From Heterodontus francisci (taxonomy: Eukaryota), in assembly GCF_036365525.1 (NCBI RefSeq), contig NC_090416.1, forward strand, positions 13,022,822 to 13,074,322: a stretch of DNA of 51,501 bases, in the 5' to 3' direction. A program made the position numbers and the translations under genes. Of this stretch, positions 48,601 to 51,501 are shown piece by piece (the stretch's first letter is position 1; each line of letters opens with the position of its first letter). Below the pieces are notes generated by a model. It was not told where the DNA came from. It was given only the letters and a program-made list of their open reading frames with translations, and did no database searches.

Positions 48601-50489
48601 AGTCACACCTTCTCTCCCACGTTGGCGTCTTTTGGTTTTTTTCCCCCCCTCCGCCGTCTCCTGTTGTTTCGAGAGGGAGCTGCTCGCGGTCGGAACGAAC
48701 AGGCTGGCTAACTTATCGGGAAAGAGAGGAGCAGTGGATCGGAATGGGTGACGTCCTGGGACAGTGACCCCACTTCCCTTTCTTCCCCCCCCCCCCCCCA
48801 CCCCCCCAAACACCGCCACACCCTGCGTTCCAACCAAGACCCAGCCTTGCTGCTTAGTGTCCCCTCGTGTATGTGTCGTGTGTCTGTGTTTTAATTTAAA
48901 CGTTTTCTTTCCACTACAAAACAGGACGAGGGCGATGTCGGGAATGTAGAAATGTTGTTCGTTCTTTTGGTTTGTGTTTTCTCCAACACTGTATCAGCAA
49001 CCAGGCTTTTAACAGGAGGCCATTGGCTGTGAATCACTTGGGGGACGTTCTGAGGTCGTGAAAGGCGCTAGAGAAATGCACGTCTTTCTTTCTTTGGAGA
49101 GGCAGAATCCTGTCCATTTCGGTTCAGAGGTACCAATGTGGCTCTTTGGGAGTCTGCGTCTCTCTCTATGTCTCTGTCTCTCTCTCACTCTTTCCGTGTG
49201 CAGTGTCATTTAAGGGTCCATTCAGTCATACGTCGGGATCTGGTCTGATGCTTAACTGTATCCACATGTGGGTCTGCAGGAGTGTTGGGGGAGTGTGAAG
49301 GGCTTCTGTCAATGCATACGCGCACCCCTCGCGTTCTCGAAACAGATATGAAGGGGTCCTCCCCCCTCCTCCCCTCGTTCCCCCTGCCCCGACTTCTGTC
49401 GGTCGGGGGCGTTAGCTCTGAACTGCGTCAACCCAGGGATCCCAGGTTTGATTCCCAGACCCTCAGCTGATCTCAGCGCCTCTGGGGTCGGAATCCGAAT
49501 AAATCTGCTTCTCATCCGGATTCGGCCGCACTTGAGGGCGGTCTCCAGGCTCCGCAGTATAGCCCCCTCCCCGCCAAGGTACAACGGCTGGCTCCTCATC
49601 GCCGTCCAGTGTCTCCCAGCCAGAACCAAGAGACCGATGTCAGACGAAGGCAGCTACGTCGCAACAGGGGGTGGGTGGGTGGGGGGGCCATTCAGCCCCT
49701 CAAGCCTGTTCCACCATTCAGTTTGATCATTGTGGCTGACTTGTACCAATGCTCCCGTCTGCCTGCCTCAATGTCACAGGCCCAGCTTTGTCCTAACTGC
49801 ACGCTAGACAACACGGGTTTTGAGCAGATTGCATCATTTATTCATGTTCTCTCTCTCTCTCTCTCTCTCTCGCACATACACAATATTGACACTCGCCTAT
49901 CAGTACACAGAAAGGAATCTGGGTCAGCGAGTGATGACTAATGCCCTACAATCACTGTAAATAGACGATTATTGAAGGGAGGGAGACTCTGCTGTTCCTT
50001 TATCCTCATCGCCTGTGAGGACAGAACCGAATGTTGGGGTGGATTCTGCACTTTGTTTTAGTGTTGAGGTGGGAGAGAGAGTTCACAGTGGAGATGCCTA
50101 AGGTCCACAGGCAGACTGCTAAACTAATACTGGCACCTCCTTTCTAACCACTGACAGAGTAACTTTACTACTTGGGAGTTTGTTGTTAAATCAATTGGGT
50201 AAACTTCACAAATCAAGCTCTTTAATTATACATTTGGGAATAATAATGGTTATTGTCCCGTGAGGCAGTTAGCACTAAATTACTAATTAACACAAGCTGA
50301 TTGTCACCCCCGCCCCCCTTTCCAGTGTCCTGGGCCAACATTCCTCTCTCGACCATTGCCGCCAAAGAATGGATTAACTGATAACGCACACAAAATGGCT
50401 ACCATATTCACCGACACACGATCACTGCTATTTAGAGGGACCTGTACAAAAAGCTCCTTGGGATATTCCGAGCAAGGATATAAACTGCC

Positions 50490-50941
50490 CTGGGAGTGTA
50501 GAGGGAGCTTTGCTCTGTATCTAACCCCGTGCTGTACCTGTCCTGGGAGTGTTTGATGGGGACAGTGTAGAGGGAGCTTTACTCTGTATCTAACCCCGTG
50601 CTGTACCTGTCCTGGGAGTGTTTGATGGGGACAGTGTAGAGGGAGCTTTACTCTGTATCTAACCCCCGTGCTGTACCTGTCCTGGGAGTGTTTGATGGGG
50701 ACAGTGTAGAGGGAGCTTTACTCTGTATCTAACCCCGTGCTGTACCTGTCCTGGGAGTGTTTGATGGGGACAGTGTAGAGGGAGCTTTACTCTGTACCTA
50801 ACCCCCGTGCTGTACCTGTCCTGGGAGTGTTTGATGGGGACAGTGTAGAGGGAGCTTTACTCTGTACCTAACCCCCGTGCTGTACCTGTCCTGGGAGTGT
50901 TTGATGGGGACTGTGTAGAGGGAGCTTTACTCTGTATCTAA
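50490..50941. repeat. 69/70-bp satellite, about 6.5 copies
   Basis: Same unit as 32200-32466. Confidence 0.95.
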
Positions 50942-51501
50942 TCTGACCTGGGAGTTTTGATGCTGCCACTGAATGTGTGAATGGGAAATCTTTGCAATTC
51001 TTGATCTGTCACCCCCTCACTTTGAACACAAATGTTCTACCCCCCCCCCCTCCTCCCGCCCCCAATTTATTGTGTAAGTAGAATTGTCCCATCACCAGTG
51101 CCATTACAGACCCTGACGGCCCTGTGAATACCTGTTGCATCAGGCCAGTTGTCCTTGCCCCCTCTCTCCATGTTGTAGCAGTTGGGGGTCGTGCTCAGAG
51201 TTGCACACTTCACCGTTCTGCCCAGATTCAACTTTCCTCCGACCCATTTGCAGTGAGTATGTTGGGATCGCCAGTGTCCCCAGCTGTGGGGCCCTGGGCC
51301 GGCAGGGGGTGAGGCACATACTTACCAGTCAGTAACCAGGAATGTGCAAAACTTGGATTTCTTTCCTTCTCTTTATGGAAAGTGGTATCGATTTGCCCCT
51401 ATTCCATTCTGGTCATGGGCCTCCCGCTTTCCGTGCTTCCGGCTACCTCACCCCTTTCTCTCCAGTTCCTTGTGTTCCTGACTATTGACCTCAGCGCCGC
51501 C

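Noticed and set aside
51320-51501. Exon of a convergent downstream gene (minus-strand GTAAGT donor at 51325)
   Set aside because: All three frames contain stops, and there is no good acceptor or recognisable protein

Overview
Eukaryotic, vertebrate DNA, not prokaryotic. The repeat content (HE1/V-SINE, Deu-domain SINEs, CR1 and L2 LINE fragments) points to a cartilaginous fish, in a GC-rich, compact, microchromosome-like region. Four protein-coding genes could be reconstructed by hand from splice sites and reading-frame phase. (1) A C2CD4C/D-like gene on the minus strand with a single coding exon (1342-2523). (2) A complete 9-coding-exon MINDY1/FAM63A deubiquitinase on the plus strand (11824-17809, 520 aa, ending in CaaX CAIL). 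(3) The last 10 exons of a long-tailed class I myosin, MYO1E-like, on the minus strand (19839-24418), with an apparent 1-nt frameshift in one TH1 exon. (4) The last 9 coding exons of PI4KB on the plus strand (30880-47781). The myosin and PI4KB both lose their 5' parts at a 200-N scaffold gap (26227-26426); a second gap lies at 29627-30493. The most notable observations are a tandem array of six co-oriented CTCF-like motifs, each paired with an ETS-type core, upstream of MINDY1; a MYO1E-like gene in the MINDY1/PI4KB/C2CD4D neighbourhood, possibly an ohnolog lost in mammals; a 2.6-kb 29-bp minisatellite with higher-order structure; a SINE-born 33-bp minisatellite; and a 36-bp duplication that creates in-frame alternative donors in MINDY1. 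There are no CRISPR arrays, rRNA or bona fide tRNA genes. Most long ORFs in the supplied track are artefacts of GC-rich DNA, repeats or N-gaps.
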